A stretch of DNA of 64,000 nucleotides. Source: Patescibacteria group bacterium. Lineage in GTDB: Bacteria > Patescibacteriota > Minisyncoccia > Phycocordibacterales > JAKAEA01. Location of the stretch: contig JAZKCY010000001.1 in assembly GCA_040387855.1 (NCBI GenBank), positions 445,857 to 509,856 of the forward strand, in the 5' to 3' direction. This document shows positions 1-9,376 of the stretch, piece by piece; positions within the stretch are counted from its first letter, which is position 1; each line of letters opens with the position of its first letter. Made by a program: the position numbers and the translations under genes. Below the pieces are notes generated by a model. It had not been told where the DNA came from, did no database searches, and saw only the letters and a program-made list of their open reading frames with translations.

Positions 1-833
1 TATGTTTCTTGAGGAATCAAATGTGTAAATCGTTTGCATGATTGAGAAAAAGATTTACCTTGATGAAGATCTATATATACTGAAAGAAGCATGTGTTTAT
101 ATTGTGAGTTGAATAATGTAGTATTTGTTAGCCGAACTGCAGCATCAAGAGGCAATCCACCTTTAAGCATTACTCCTATTGATCTTGTGATACGAGCTGA
201 TTGATATAAAATAATAAAACTTTTAATACTAGGGGTTTTGAGAAATATAGAATCTTGAATTTTTTTAATGTGAGCATATTTCTTATGAAGAAATCTATAG
301 AGTACCGTGCAAAAAATACTACCTGAGAGAATATATATTCCGTAATGTACTAAAAATGTACTTAGATATATTAGAAATTGAGTCGACCAAGGCAATGCGG
401 TTTTAAATGTCCGAAATAATGGTTGGATTTTGGGGAAAATAACAAAAAGTAAAAATCCAGACAGCACCAAAGTCATACACCCTATAATAAGCGGATAGAA
501 AAGACTGGAAATAATAGTTTGTTGAAGTTTTTGTTGCTTTGCGAGTGTTTCAGATGCATAGAAAATGTTTTCTTTAAGAGTCCCGCTATGTTCCCCTGCT
601 GTAATGAGTGAATAGGTAAGTGGATCATACTTGAAATGATTTTTAAATATTTCAGATAAAGCAGTGCCTTGCTGCAACAATTGAACTGCAGTTGTCATTG
701 ATGTACGTATACGCTCAGAACCGTATTGTGCTTGAGAGGTAAAGCAGTCTTCAAGTGAAATACCTGCGCGTAATAGAATATACATCTTTTTAAGAAAAGC
801 TATTTGTTGGTTTTTATTCATGATTCTATTCAT
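1..833 (-). CDS. pilC: Type IV pilus / T2SS platform protein PilC/GspF family; partial, C-terminus runs off the window start
   Basis: My own translation of the minus strand gives a continuous ORF from ATG at 833 to the window edge with no stop: MNRIMNKNQQIAFLKKMYILLRAGISLEDCF...SGTLKENIFYASETLAKQQKLQQTIISSLFYPLIIG. This is GspF-like (T2SSF), polytopic membrane. It is absent from the ORF track because it lacks a stop. Its start overlaps the stop of the upstream ATPase gene, the typical pilB-pilC arrangement. Confidence 0.6.
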   Translation of the reverse strand, partial: MNRIMNKNQQIAFLKKMYILLRAGISLEDCFTSQAQYGSERIRTSMTTAVQLLQQGTALSEIFKNHFKYDPLTYSLITAGEHSGTLKENIFYASETLAKQQKLQQTIISSLFYPLIIGCMTLVLSGFLLFVIFPKIQPLFRTFKTALPWSTQFLIYLSTFLVHYGIYILSGSIFCTVLYRFLHKKYAHIKKIQDSIFLKTPSIKSFIILYQSARITRSIGVMLKGGLPLDAAVRLTNTTLFNSQYKHMLLSVYIDLHQGKSFSQSCKRFTHLIPQET

Positions 834-1911
834 AGAGCACTCGCGCTAATTCTTCATGTGTAGTGATTCCTTCCGCAACTAATGTGCTTCCATTATCATG
901 CATTGGAGTCATTGCTTCACGCTCGGCAATTTTTTGAAGTTCAGCACTTGATGTTCTGTTCATAATTGCTGCACGTAAAGCATCAGTAATAACTAGTACT
1001 TCATAAATACCAATCCGTTCTTTGTAGCAGGTGAAATTACATTGTTCGCAACCGGTATTGTTTTTACAGTAAGTACATAATTTACGAACTAATCTTTGAG
1101 CAATAACGATCTCTAATGTAGAAGCAACAAGATATGGATCCACGCCCATATCAAGTAACCGTGGTAATGCCGTTACAGAATTACTCGTATGAATCGTAGA
1201 AAGTAATAGATGCCCAGTAAGTGCAGTATGCACCGCAACATGAGCTGTGTCTGAGTCTCTAATTTCACCAACCATAATGATATCCGGGTCTTGGCGAACT
1301 AGTGCACGTAAACCATTATTAAAATGCAGGTGAGGGCTTACGGGGATTTGTCGTATTCCAGGCAAGGTATATTCCACTGGGTCTTCGAGTGTAATTATTG
1401 CCTGAGTAGAGTTATTAAGCTGTTTTAAAATCGTATACAGTGTTGTGGTTTTGCCAGAACCAGTAGGTCCTGTCACCAAAATCATTCCGTGACGCTTCTT
1501 TAGTGCTCGGCTAATTTTTCCTTCATCAATCTTAGATAATCCTAGTGAAGATAAACTCTGTGCAGCAAACGTTTCTTTTAGTAATCTTATAACAGCATTT
1601 TCTCCATAAAAGGTGGGCAATAGAGAAACGCGTGCTTCTATATATAGACTTGTACTTATACTTATTCTAAGTCTGCCATCTTGAGAAGTGAGATGTTCGT
1701 CAGTTCTCAAACGAGCTCGGATCTTTATAAGTAGAATTAGTTGCTCGTGCAAAAATTTGGGAAGGGGATCTTGGGTTATAAGAATCCCGTCAACACGCAT
1801 CTGAATTTTAATATGATGTTCTGTTGGATCTATATGAATATCCGAGGCATTTTCCTCATATGCACGCTTAAAGATAGTATGGAGTACTTCAGATGCTGAC
1901 TGTTCATGCAT
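826..1911 (-). CDS. pilB: Type II secretion/type IV pilus assembly ATPase, GspE/PilB family (short form lacking the N-terminal domains)
   Basis: Walker A GPTGSGKTTT, Asp box, RVSLLPTFYGENAVIRLL, and a C-terminal tetracysteine motif (CTYCKNNTGCEQC...C) typical of GspE/PilB rather than PilT. Immediately followed by pilC. Confidence 0.75.
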   Translation of the reverse strand: MHEQSASEVLHTIFKRAYEENASDIHIDPTEHHIKIQMRVDGILITQDPLPKFLHEQLILLIKIRARLRTDEHLTSQDGRLRISISTSLYIEARVSLLPTFYGENAVIRLLKETFAAQSLSSLGLSKIDEGKISRALKKRHGMILVTGPTGSGKTTTLYTILKQLNNSTQAIITLEDPVEYTLPGIRQIPVSPHLHFNNGLRALVRQDPDIIMVGEIRDSDTAHVAVHTALTGHLLLSTIHTSNSVTALPRLLDMGVDPYLVASTLEIVIAQRLVRKLCTYCKNNTGCEQCNFTCYKERIGIYEVLVITDALRAAIMNRTSSAELQKIAEREAMTPMHDNGSTLVAEGITTHEELARVLYE

Positions 1912-1975
1912 AAAAAAACTTTACCTCAACTGAGATAAAGTTTTCTTAAAGATTTCTACAAATAAATCTAAAGTT

Positions 1976-2443
1976 TTATGCGAAGAGACTTTCTACAACT
2001 TCTTTGATGTCAGATCCTTCAGCAGCTGTGCCTTTCAATTCTTTTGCAACAGCACCAATAAGCATTCCCATTTTTGCTTTGTCTGTAATTCCAAGTTCTG
2101 CCTTCTTTGCTTCTGCTACTTTCTTGATTTCTTCCTTTGGCATTGCAGCAGGGAGGTATGTTTCTAGAATTGCGAGCTCTGCTTTTTCATCTGCAGCAAG
2201 ATCTTCTCGTCCTCCTTCTACGAACTGAGCGATTGAATCTTTTCGCTGCTTTACCTGGCGCTTAATAACAGTAAGTACTTCTTCATCACTCAATTCTGCC
2301 TGAGGTGTTCGGCCGATAGTAACGAGCTCGTTTGTCATTGCTGCAGAGATTCCCTTAAGAACATTTGTCTTAACTGGGTCCTTTGCGAGCATGGCGGTCT
2401 TAATGCCTGCCTTAATATCTGTTTGAAGTGACATATATATCAA
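1976..2443 (-). CDS. GatB/YqeY domain-containing protein
   Basis: 155 aa with a Lys/Glu/Ala-rich YqeY-like profile (LAILETYLP...). Confidence 0.5.
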   Translation of the reverse strand: MIYMSLQTDIKAGIKTAMLAKDPVKTNVLKGISAAMTNELVTIGRTPQAELSDEEVLTVIKRQVKQRKDSIAQFVEGGREDLAADEKAELAILETYLPAAMPKEEIKKVAEAKKAELGITDKAKMGMLIGAVAKELKGTAAEGSDIKEVVESLFA

Positions 2444-2577
2444 TAATTAATGTGGGATTACTATAGCACGTTTTTTGAATTGAGACAGGTGTAGGTATCA
2501 ATTCAAGAGGCTTTTTAAAGCTCAGCTTGACATATTCAGATTAAGTTGTAATATGTGAAATACTTAAAAATAAATAT

Positions 2578-3696
2578 ATGAAACGATATCACTGGACGGG
2601 AGTTATTGGGCTACTTATTGTCATTGTGTTTCTGCTTGCTACAGCTTTAAAACTAAGCAATCCGACAAGTGAATCAGTTCATATAAATGTAGCTACTATT
2701 GTTACCTATTCATTGTGGATTTGTTTTGGGATTTTCTTAATAGTGAATTATTTTAAAGAGAGAGAATTAGAAGAAAAAGGTGTGATTATACCTGTTCCTG
2801 AACTATCTTCTATAGAAGATAAGGAACAACTAAAAATAAAGAGAAATAGAATATTGGGCTATGTAATGATAGTTGAAATCATTTCATCTGTAAGTTCATT
2901 TATACTAAACGATTACTTAGCGGGATTAACGCTTATTAATATTCTTGTTACGTTTGATTTAATTATTAATATTATATTTGTATTCGTTGTAGTTGAGATT
3001 TTTAGACATAAAGATGTTTCAAAATTGCTCAAGTATACTGTGATTATTTACACTGTGGGTGCTGTAATACTTGGCTCTCTGCGAAGTGATTGGATTTTAA
3101 TTGTTTCTCAGATTTTATTTGGTGGGTATTTTATTTTTGCATTATCGGCTCCTCTCAATCGAAAAAATCACAGAATCGCTCACAAAATTATTCTGCCAGC
3201 TATTATAATTATTATGGTTGCATTGGGCACATATGAAGCAGGCAGAATTATGGGAATGTGGAAGAATCAAAATAAGTTAGATAAAGAATTTGCAAACGCG
3301 AATACAGATGCTGGGACAGCATATACAGCATTTATTCAAAGTCAAAATCCTAATCTTGTTGAAATTGAACGTATACGTGATGCTATGAATCGCCGAAATG
3401 AAAGACTTGAAAATCTTGCTGTAGCAACAATTGAACTCCGTGAAGAATACAATAAGCAATCTAAGAGTGAACAACAGCAATTAGCGCTAAAAAATATCAC
3501 TATTATACTTTCTCTTATTGATCTCAATAGAAAACAGGGTAATGTACTTATTGAATTTATGGACTACTGTGAAGGAATTGATTTACAGAATATTTCTGAA
3601 GAAGAAGGTACTATTATTGGTGGTTATATGACAGGAATTGAATCACTAAATAGTGAAATTCGGGATACTGCTCTAAAGCTTGATTTAAAGAAGTAG
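2578..3696 (+). CDS. Hypothetical polytopic membrane protein with C-terminal coiled coil
   Basis: Several hydrophobic segments in the N-terminal 200 aa; C-terminal region rich in heptad-like E/K/Q/L. Confidence 0.4.
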   Translation: MKRYHWTGVIGLLIVIVFLLATALKLSNPTSESVHINVATIVTYSLWICFGIFLIVNYFKERELEEKGVIIPVPELSSIEDKEQLKIKRNRILGYVMIVEIISSVSSFILNDYLAGLTLINILVTFDLIINIIFVFVVVEIFRHKDVSKLLKYTVIIYTVGAVILGSLRSDWILIVSQILFGGYFIFALSAPLNRKNHRIAHKIILPAIIIIMVALGTYEAGRIMGMWKNQNKLDKEFANANTDAGTAYTAFIQSQNPNLVEIERIRDAMNRRNERLENLAVATIELREEYNKQSKSEQQQLALKNITIILSLIDLNRKQGNVLIEFMDYCEGIDLQNISEEEGTIIGGYMTGIESLNSEIRDTALKLDLKK

Positions 3697-3713
3697 TTTT
3701 AATTCAAACACAA

Positions 3714-4595
3714 TTACTTATTAAACATATTTCCCAAATATGTATCGATTTCTCGTTGATCGAGATCGTAGAAAGATTTATTTTCTGTCTTTAATTTAGT
3801 AGCCAATTCTATTCCTACAAAGCGCCAGTGCCATGGTTCGTACACGTAGAACTTATTGTTGGGAGGATATGAAAGTGTGAATCCATATTTGTGAGCATTT
3901 TCTTTCATCCAGGTAAAAGCATCTGTCTTATCAAAACTAGTTACTAAACCGCCGTTTACTTTTGGACTCGTAAAATCCAGTGTGGTTCCTAGTTGATGTT
4001 CTGAGTATCCTTGATCTGCAGAAAATGCATTTGCTCCAGATCCGTATCGGACAGTGTAACTAGATTTCAAAGATTTTTGCTCATCAAAAGATCGGTAGGC
4101 AGACGCAACTTTAATTGTTACATCTGCTTGCTCAGCATCTGTGAGCATCTTTTGGAGAAAGGGAAGCACTTGATAGAGAATCCCTACTTGATAGGTTCGT
4201 TTTTGATCGGTGAGATATTTTGTATCAATAGGAGCAATATCTGCTGGTTCATAATTTTCGTTCAAGAAAAATACTTTTGAATATTTAGCGAGGAGTTGCG
4301 TATCAAGCTGTCGAAGCCATTCAAGCTTATCCGCTTTTTGAGTTACCGCATTAAGCTGGGTAGCAAATGCTGTGTTTTTACTTGCTGCTTCATTTAATGC
4401 ATTTACCAAATCAAGCTTTTCTTTTTCAGATCGATCGAGACGGGCCTGAAGATCTGTGGTTGATGCCTGTAAATTCTCAATAATTTTTTTATCAGAATTG
4501 TTTGTGTCGCGATTTGTTGAATATTTATAACTTCCAAATAATGTAGCCCCTCCTAATGCGAGCACTAAAAGTGCAATAAATAAATATTTTTTCAC
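3714..4595 (-). CDS. M15 family D-alanyl-D-alanine carboxypeptidase (VanY-like) with N-terminal TM and coiled coil
   Basis: C-terminal SYPPNNKFYVYEPWHWRFVG and LDFTSP motifs typical of VanY/M15B. Apparent GTG start. Confidence 0.65.
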   Translation of the reverse strand: MKKYLFIALLVLALGGATLFGSYKYSTNRDTNNSDKKIIENLQASTTDLQARLDRSEKEKLDLVNALNEAASKNTAFATQLNAVTQKADKLEWLRQLDTQLLAKYSKVFFLNENYEPADIAPIDTKYLTDQKRTYQVGILYQVLPFLQKMLTDAEQADVTIKVASAYRSFDEQKSLKSSYTVRYGSGANAFSADQGYSEHQLGTTLDFTSPKVNGGLVTSFDKTDAFTWMKENAHKYGFTLSYPPNNKFYVYEPWHWRFVGIELATKLKTENKSFYDLDQREIDTYLGNMFNK

Positions 4596-4639
4596 AGAGC
4601 AATTATATCATGGGTTTAGTTTGAGATAAAAAACTAGTA

Positions 4640-4926
4640 TAAAAAAACCGATCGTTAACACGAGCGGCGGGCTTTGTGGTGTTACCTCTCACTTTTCTGA
4701 GGGGTGTGAGCTTCTCGTTCCATACGATCGGCTCGTGAGTTCGCTAGAAGGGCAACGAAACCGGTTATACATGCAATCATCAGTAACCGGAGTAGGTTAA
4801 GCTTCCAGCGGGGAATTGGACAGTCCAAAGGTAGTGCTCCAAAAGATATGGTGAACTAGGGCGACATGCATTATGACATGCTCTGTGTATAAGTCAAATC
4901 AATGTGTGTATAAAAAAACCGTCGTG
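4640..4926 (-). ncRNA. Candidate structured GC-rich RNA or leader between two similar terminator hairpins, upstream of the VanY-like gene
   Basis: About 280 bp, ORF-free, GC-rich. On the minus strand there is TTGACT-N17-CATAAT near 4880-4855, and a hairpin plus U-run at about 4640-4665 (CCG.TCG...CGA.CGG then TTTTTTT). A similar hairpin at 4908-4930 terminates the upstream gene. No match recognised to SRP, tmRNA, RNase P or ydaO consensus. Confidence 0.3.
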
Positions 4927-5535
4927 CTAGACGATCGGAATGAATGTGGAACTGGCGAATTGGTGGTCGTCGGTGAACTCGAGTATCACTGATTCGCCGC
5001 AACCAATGAGTGCCCGAAACGGCATCTCGCTCCATGCGTGTTCAGCGAAGCTCACGAGGGGGTTGTGACTGACCAACAGGGCTGTTTCTTCTAAGCCCAA
5101 GCCTTCCACAACCTTCTTTGATCCCTCGTGTACTCGCAAGATGCAGTTGTCGATGAGCCTCGGCCACATTCTCCGAAGATCAGTTGGAGTAAGCATTGGA
5201 GCGGTGAGCATCGGTCTGTCACCCAGCCACGTGGCGTACTCGTGATCCCATTCGTCGGGGTCACAAGGATCTAAGCTCTCGTTTGGGGTACGTACTGCAC
5301 CGACCTTAAGCCCAAGTGTGTGCACCAGAATCTCCATCGAATCAACTGCCCGAGGGTAGGTGGAACAATGAACTTCTGTGATACAGCCCCAAAGCTTGAG
5401 TCCTTGTGCAGCACGCATCATCTTAAGTCGACCAGGGTTGGTAAGCGGAGCATCGCGCTGCCACACCCCATACTTCCGAACATCAGGCTGGAATTCAGCC
5501 TGACCACATCTCATGACGATGAGATACTTTGACAT
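4927..5535 (-). CDS. Histidine phosphatase superfamily (phosphoglycerate mutase-like) protein; GC-rich
   Basis: N-terminus LIVMRCGQAEF resembles the RHG phosphohistidine motif but has Cys in place of His. GC is much higher than in flanking genes. Confidence 0.45.
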   Translation of the reverse strand: MSKYLIVMRCGQAEFQPDVRKYGVWQRDAPLTNPGRLKMMRAAQGLKLWGCITEVHCSTYPRAVDSMEILVHTLGLKVGAVRTPNESLDPCDPDEWDHEYATWLGDRPMLTAPMLTPTDLRRMWPRLIDNCILRVHEGSKKVVEGLGLEETALLVSHNPLVSFAEHAWSEMPFRALIGCGESVILEFTDDHQFASSTFIPIV

Positions 5536-5574
5536 TGGTTCAGTTCTCCTGCACGGGTTTATCGTTCTGACACT

Positions 5575-6726
5575 GTGTCCTCCAGGAATATACTCATAAA
5601 TCTGAGGCTAGTCAACGTATGTTATACTATTTTTATGACTACGATTCTTATAGTTTTAATTATTGTATTAACTGCAATTTTGGGGGCAATGGTTGCTGTT
5701 ATTTTGAATTTAATGAAACGGCAGGATGAACCAAAAGAAGATATTGGAGTAAAACTATTGCTCGAGCAAATTAATGAATTAAACAGGACTGTAGACGGCA
5801 AAATGAGCGATTTGTCTCGCACTATGGACTTTAAAATTACTGAATCTGGCAAAATGATGAATGAATCCGTGCGTATGCAATTTACTGAATCTTCAAAACT
5901 AATTCAGAATGTGACTTCAGGACTCACAAAGCTCGATGAAACCAATAGACAAGTAGTTTCCTTTGCGGATCAACTTCAAAGTTTGTCAGATATATTGAAA
6001 AATCCAAAACAACGAGGGATTTTAGGTGAATATTATTTAGAGACTCTTTTAAAGAACGTGTTGCCACCAGGAAGCTTTCAAATGCAATATGGCTTTACGG
6101 ATGGCACTATTGTCGATGCTGCGGTGTTTGTGAAAGACAAAGTAATCCCAGTAGATTCTAAGTTTTCACTTGAAAACTATAATAGATTGGTTGAAACAAA
6201 AGATGAATTAGAACGAGATAGGCTTGAAAAAGTATTTGTGAGTGATTTGAAGAAAAGAATAGAAGAAACCTCAAAATATATTCAGCCCAAAGAAGGAACT
6301 ATGGATTTTGCATTCATGTTTATTCCTCATGAAGCTATCTACTATGATTTGCTCACAAATAGAATTGGTGTATTAAAAGAAGAATCTGAAAATTTAATCC
6401 AGAGAGCAGCAAGTAAGTATCACGTAATTATAGTTTCCCCAACAAGCTTTTTGGCATATTTACAGACAGTATTGCAAGGATTGAAAGCACTTCAGATTGA
6501 AGAATCAGTAAAGGGTATTATTAAAAATGTGGGTGAGCTTCAAAAGCATTTAAAGACATACGAGGAATATCATGGAAAGATGGGAAATGCATTGGGAACT
6601 GTCGTAAGTCACTTTAATAATTCTCATAAAGAATTTAAAAAGATAGATAAAGATATCTTAAGAATTTCAGGTGAGTCGCTTCAGATAGAAGCTCTTACAC
6701 TCGATAAGCCAGAAATGGAGGAATAA
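5575..6726 (+). CDS. rmuC: DNA recombination protein RmuC
   Basis: N-terminal TM, long coiled coil, and a C-terminal RmuC-like region (HVIIVSPTSFLAYLQTV). The real start may be the internal Met near 5635. Confidence 0.6.
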   Translation: MSSRNILINLRLVNVCYTIFMTTILIVLIIVLTAILGAMVAVILNLMKRQDEPKEDIGVKLLLEQINELNRTVDGKMSDLSRTMDFKITESGKMMNESVRMQFTESSKLIQNVTSGLTKLDETNRQVVSFADQLQSLSDILKNPKQRGILGEYYLETLLKNVLPPGSFQMQYGFTDGTIVDAAVFVKDKVIPVDSKFSLENYNRLVETKDELERDRLEKVFVSDLKKRIEETSKYIQPKEGTMDFAFMFIPHEAIYYDLLTNRIGVLKEESENLIQRAASKYHVIIVSPTSFLAYLQTVLQGLKALQIEESVKGIIKNVGELQKHLKTYEEYHGKMGNALGTVVSHFNNSHKEFKKIDKDILRISGESLQIEALTLDKPEMEE

Positions 6727-6791
6727 AAAAAGCGTACACCAAAGTGTAGCGCTATCCCATTTTGTTTGTACAATATCTTGCTCTTGATGGG

Positions 6792-7691
6792 TTACCAGAG
6801 CTTGATGGTGAGGCCGACGCCGATTGCACCGTCGAACTCCCTCGAGTCCGACATGCTGGTGATGGGCGTGCCCATCTTCCACACGGGGAGATCCAGCGTG
6901 ATGCTGTCGGAGAGCTTCCACGCGACCCCGCCGCTGTAGAACAGCATGAGGCCCGAATCGAATCCGTAGAAGCCAGGGTCAGCTAGCACCGCGAGCCGGT
7001 GCTGAAAGCTGACGCTCTCGTTGACCTGCCAGATGTGGTTGACCCCCACCTGGACCTGGCCCTCGAACCCTTCGTTGGTCGCGTTCGCGGACAGGTAGGC
7101 CTCGGGCTTCAGGAAGGGCTTGATCGTGTGGCCGTTGCCCAGATCGAGATCTAGGCTCAGCTCGCCGTACATGTAGATCAAGTCGCCCTTGGTCCCGCTT
7201 AGAAGCCGGGGGGCGGCGAGATCGAAGTACGACACGCCAACGTTCACGTTGACGTCACGTACTTTGCCGACCCACCCGAGGGTGTAGTCGACCTCGTCCC
7301 CGAAATTGGAGTTGAGGTTGGCGTCGTCGAGCCCGGCGGAGTGCCAGAGATCGATGTAGACGCCGTTAGGGAACGTCACGAACACGTCGGACTGCAGCAC
7401 CGGATCGGTGTGGTAGACCGATCCGTTTGCCCCGTAGTACTGAGACCACAGACGGGTCGTCAGCACGACGGACGGGTGAGGGGCCCCTTTGAACACCTCA
7501 TCCGGCTTCCGCGGTTCGTCGGCCTTCTTCGGCGCGACGGTGGGGTCGGTGTGCTCATGCACTCCGCCGCCAGTCGACTTCTCGGTCTTGATCTGCTCGA
7601 ACCGCTCGAGCCCGTCGTTCTGGTTGCCGTTGCAACCCAACAGGAACGACAGGCCGAGCACCAACGCCGCAACGTACATTCGCGTACGCAT
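6792..7691 (-). CDS. Lipoprotein with outer-membrane beta-barrel-like features; GC-rich (about 60%)
   Basis: Signal peptide with lipobox LLGC, alternating hydrophobic beta-strand patterns (VNVNVGVSYFDL), and a C-terminus ending ...GVGLTIKLW with an aromatic terminal residue as in OMPs. GC is far above the window background. Confidence 0.5.
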   Translation of the reverse strand: MRTRMYVAALVLGLSFLLGCNGNQNDGLERFEQIKTEKSTGGGVHEHTDPTVAPKKADEPRKPDEVFKGAPHPSVVLTTRLWSQYYGANGSVYHTDPVLQSDVFVTFPNGVYIDLWHSAGLDDANLNSNFGDEVDYTLGWVGKVRDVNVNVGVSYFDLAAPRLLSGTKGDLIYMYGELSLDLDLGNGHTIKPFLKPEAYLSANATNEGFEGQVQVGVNHIWQVNESVSFQHRLAVLADPGFYGFDSGLMLFYSGGVAWKLSDSITLDLPVWKMGTPITSMSDSREFDGAIGVGLTIKLW

Positions 7692-7917
7692 AAACGATAC
7701 CTTCTCCCCACAAATGGGGCTTCCGAAACCATAGGGACATTACAAATCCGTTTGTGAAACTAACATAAATCTATAGATGAGTCAATAGTGCCATTCCCAT
7801 ATACGAAAAGGCCCACACAATCTAATGTGTGGCCTCTATTCCTTTCTTTTGTAAAAGGTTGTTTATTGAAACGAAAGAACGATGTAGTGCGTTGAACTTA
7901 CTAGGTTTCTTCTCTTC

Positions 7918-8475
7918 TTAGGCTTTTTCCATCGAGCGCCTGGCGCACAAGGCGAGGACTGTGAAGAATAGGATAGCCACAGCTCCGATCACGAGTACCC
8001 TAACTTGTACGGATGTCAAAATGACCTGAGTGCCGATGACGCTGGTGAGTAGGGTAAGCGGGACGACGAGTCCTGCCACCAACATCATCTTTCCAACTAA
8101 GCTCACGATCTTCATATCGTCTCCACGCGGGAATCCTCCGAGGAAGGTTCCTAACGTGAGGAATCCGAGCATGAGGCCGTAGTGGCCTGATGTGCGGATG
8201 AACATCTCCCACTGATAGTCGTACTGACCGACTATCCATGGAATGAAGACATGCAGAGCTGTGAAGACAAAGAATGTGCCATATAGGGCTTTCATCATCT
8301 TCGAGATAGCGGGGCGCATTCTCATCATCAGAGTGCTCGGCTGGCTTGCTTTTGACTCGGTTTCCTCAGCCGGTTTGAGCATGGCTCTTGTAGCAATTGC
8401 TGCTAGAACTAGCAGAAACGCCATAAAGGCCAAGCCGACGGTCATCGCCATCAAATTCTGATGCTCCTGACTCAT
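7918..8475 (-). CDS. Hypothetical integral membrane protein (about 5 TM); elevated GC
   Basis: Hydrophobic segments throughout; no recognised family. Confidence 0.4.
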   Translation of the reverse strand: MSQEHQNLMAMTVGLAFMAFLLVLAAIATRAMLKPAEETESKASQPSTLMMRMRPAISKMMKALYGTFFVFTALHVFIPWIVGQYDYQWEMFIRTSGHYGLMLGFLTLGTFLGGFPRGDDMKIVSLVGKMMLVAGLVVPLTLLTSVIGTQVILTSVQVRVLVIGAVAILFFTVLALCARRSMEKA

Positions 8476-8639
8476 TGCAAACTCCCATAAATGTGTGAGA
8501 ACGAGAAAATCATTGTGAACTGACTATTGTTGATTATATCATATTTTACATAATGAGTCAAGCGTGATAAATCTTGCTCTTTAATTGATTCAAGATCAAT
8601 ACTTGCGTTTTTATTGAAAATAAGTACAATAGTATCACT

Positions 8640-8954
8640 ATGGAATTTGCAGTAATTCAAACCGGCGGTAAGCAATATAAAGTCTCAGCCGGAGACACTA
8701 TTACCATTGAGAAGCTCATTGGTGATTTTAAGGCGGGTGATACGATTACTTTTAACGACGTACTCCTCACTGATTCTGGTTCTGACACAAAGTTTGGTTC
8801 ACCATTTATTGGCGGAGCAAAGGTTGTAGGGGAGCTTGTACAAATTGGACGAGCACAGAAAGTAACAGTTATTAAATACAAGCAGAAGAGTCGATACTTC
8901 AAGAAAAACGGCCATCGACAGCCATTCTTTAAAGTAAAAATCTCATCAATCTAA
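8640..8954 (+). CDS. rplU: 50S ribosomal protein L21
   Basis: MEFAVIQTGGKQYKVSAGDTITIEKL is the L21 signature; 104 aa. Confidence 0.9.
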   Translation: MEFAVIQTGGKQYKVSAGDTITIEKLIGDFKAGDTITFNDVLLTDSGSDTKFGSPFIGGAKVVGELVQIGRAQKVTVIKYKQKSRYFKKNGHRQPFFKVKISSI

Positions 8955-8963
8955 TTAACAAAA

Positions 8964-8986
8964 GGCCGCTGTAGAGCGGTTTTTTG
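8964..8986 (+). terminator. Rho-independent terminator after rplU
   Basis: CCGCT-GTAG-AGCGG followed by TTTTTTG. Confidence 0.6.
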
Positions 8987-9038
8987 TTGAGCTATATATT
9001 GACTTTTTCATATAAACGTGTAAAATAGTACGCTGTCG

Positions 9039-9323
9039 TTGCGAAATGCACGAAGTGTTCTTTTGTTCTTTCTCGGAGTGTTCGGAATGGTGTCTTCCCC
9101 TCAACCAATGACTGGATCAGACAAACAAAGGTTGGTACGAGAGTACCAGCACGAGCGGCTCAATGAGCTGAGTCTCCAGTCCATCATCAATGACGAGAAT
9201 TCGTCTGCGGCGGAAGTTGCGGCTGCTCGAGAGGTGCTACACAGCATTGAGCAGCAGCAGCAGAACTACCAGAACCATGTCGCGCGGCGGCAGGATCTAC
9301 AAATCGTCATTGACGATTCATAA
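9039..9323 (+). CDS. Hypothetical small protein; elevated GC; start uncertain
   Basis: 94-aa ORF with a Gln-rich tail (EQQQQNYQNH); no recognised family. Confidence 0.3.
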   Translation: MRNARSVLLFFLGVFGMVSSPQPMTGSDKQRLVREYQHERLNELSLQSIINDENSSAAEVAAAREVLHSIEQQQQNYQNHVARRQDLQIVIDDS

Positions 9324-9376
9324 CGCCAAACGAAGCGCCACGGAGCGTTCGAGCAATCGAACCTCTGTGGCAATTT

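Noticed and set aside
826-1911. Calling the 361-aa ATPase PilT (retraction ATPase) on length alone
   Set aside because: The C-terminal CxxC...CxxC zinc motif and the RVSLLPTFYGE block are GspE/PilB features, and the gene is coupled to pilC.
4640-4926. SRP RNA, tmRNA, RNase P RNA or c-di-AMP riboswitch identity for the GC-rich ORF-free segment
   Set aside because: None of the hallmark sequences are present on either strand (SRP domain IV GGAA-tetraloop context, tmRNA tag and T-arm, RNase P P4, ydaO GGUGAAUCC-like blocks). It is kept only as an unclassified RNA candidate.
6667-8461. Overlapping ORFs in several frames across the GC-rich islet (6667-6921, 6762-6986, 7341-7757, 7460-7740, 8000-8239, 8243-8461)
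   Set aside because: High GC suppresses stop codons, and these products are Arg/Pro-rich nonsense. Only the 6792-7691 and 7918-8475 frames have protein-like features.
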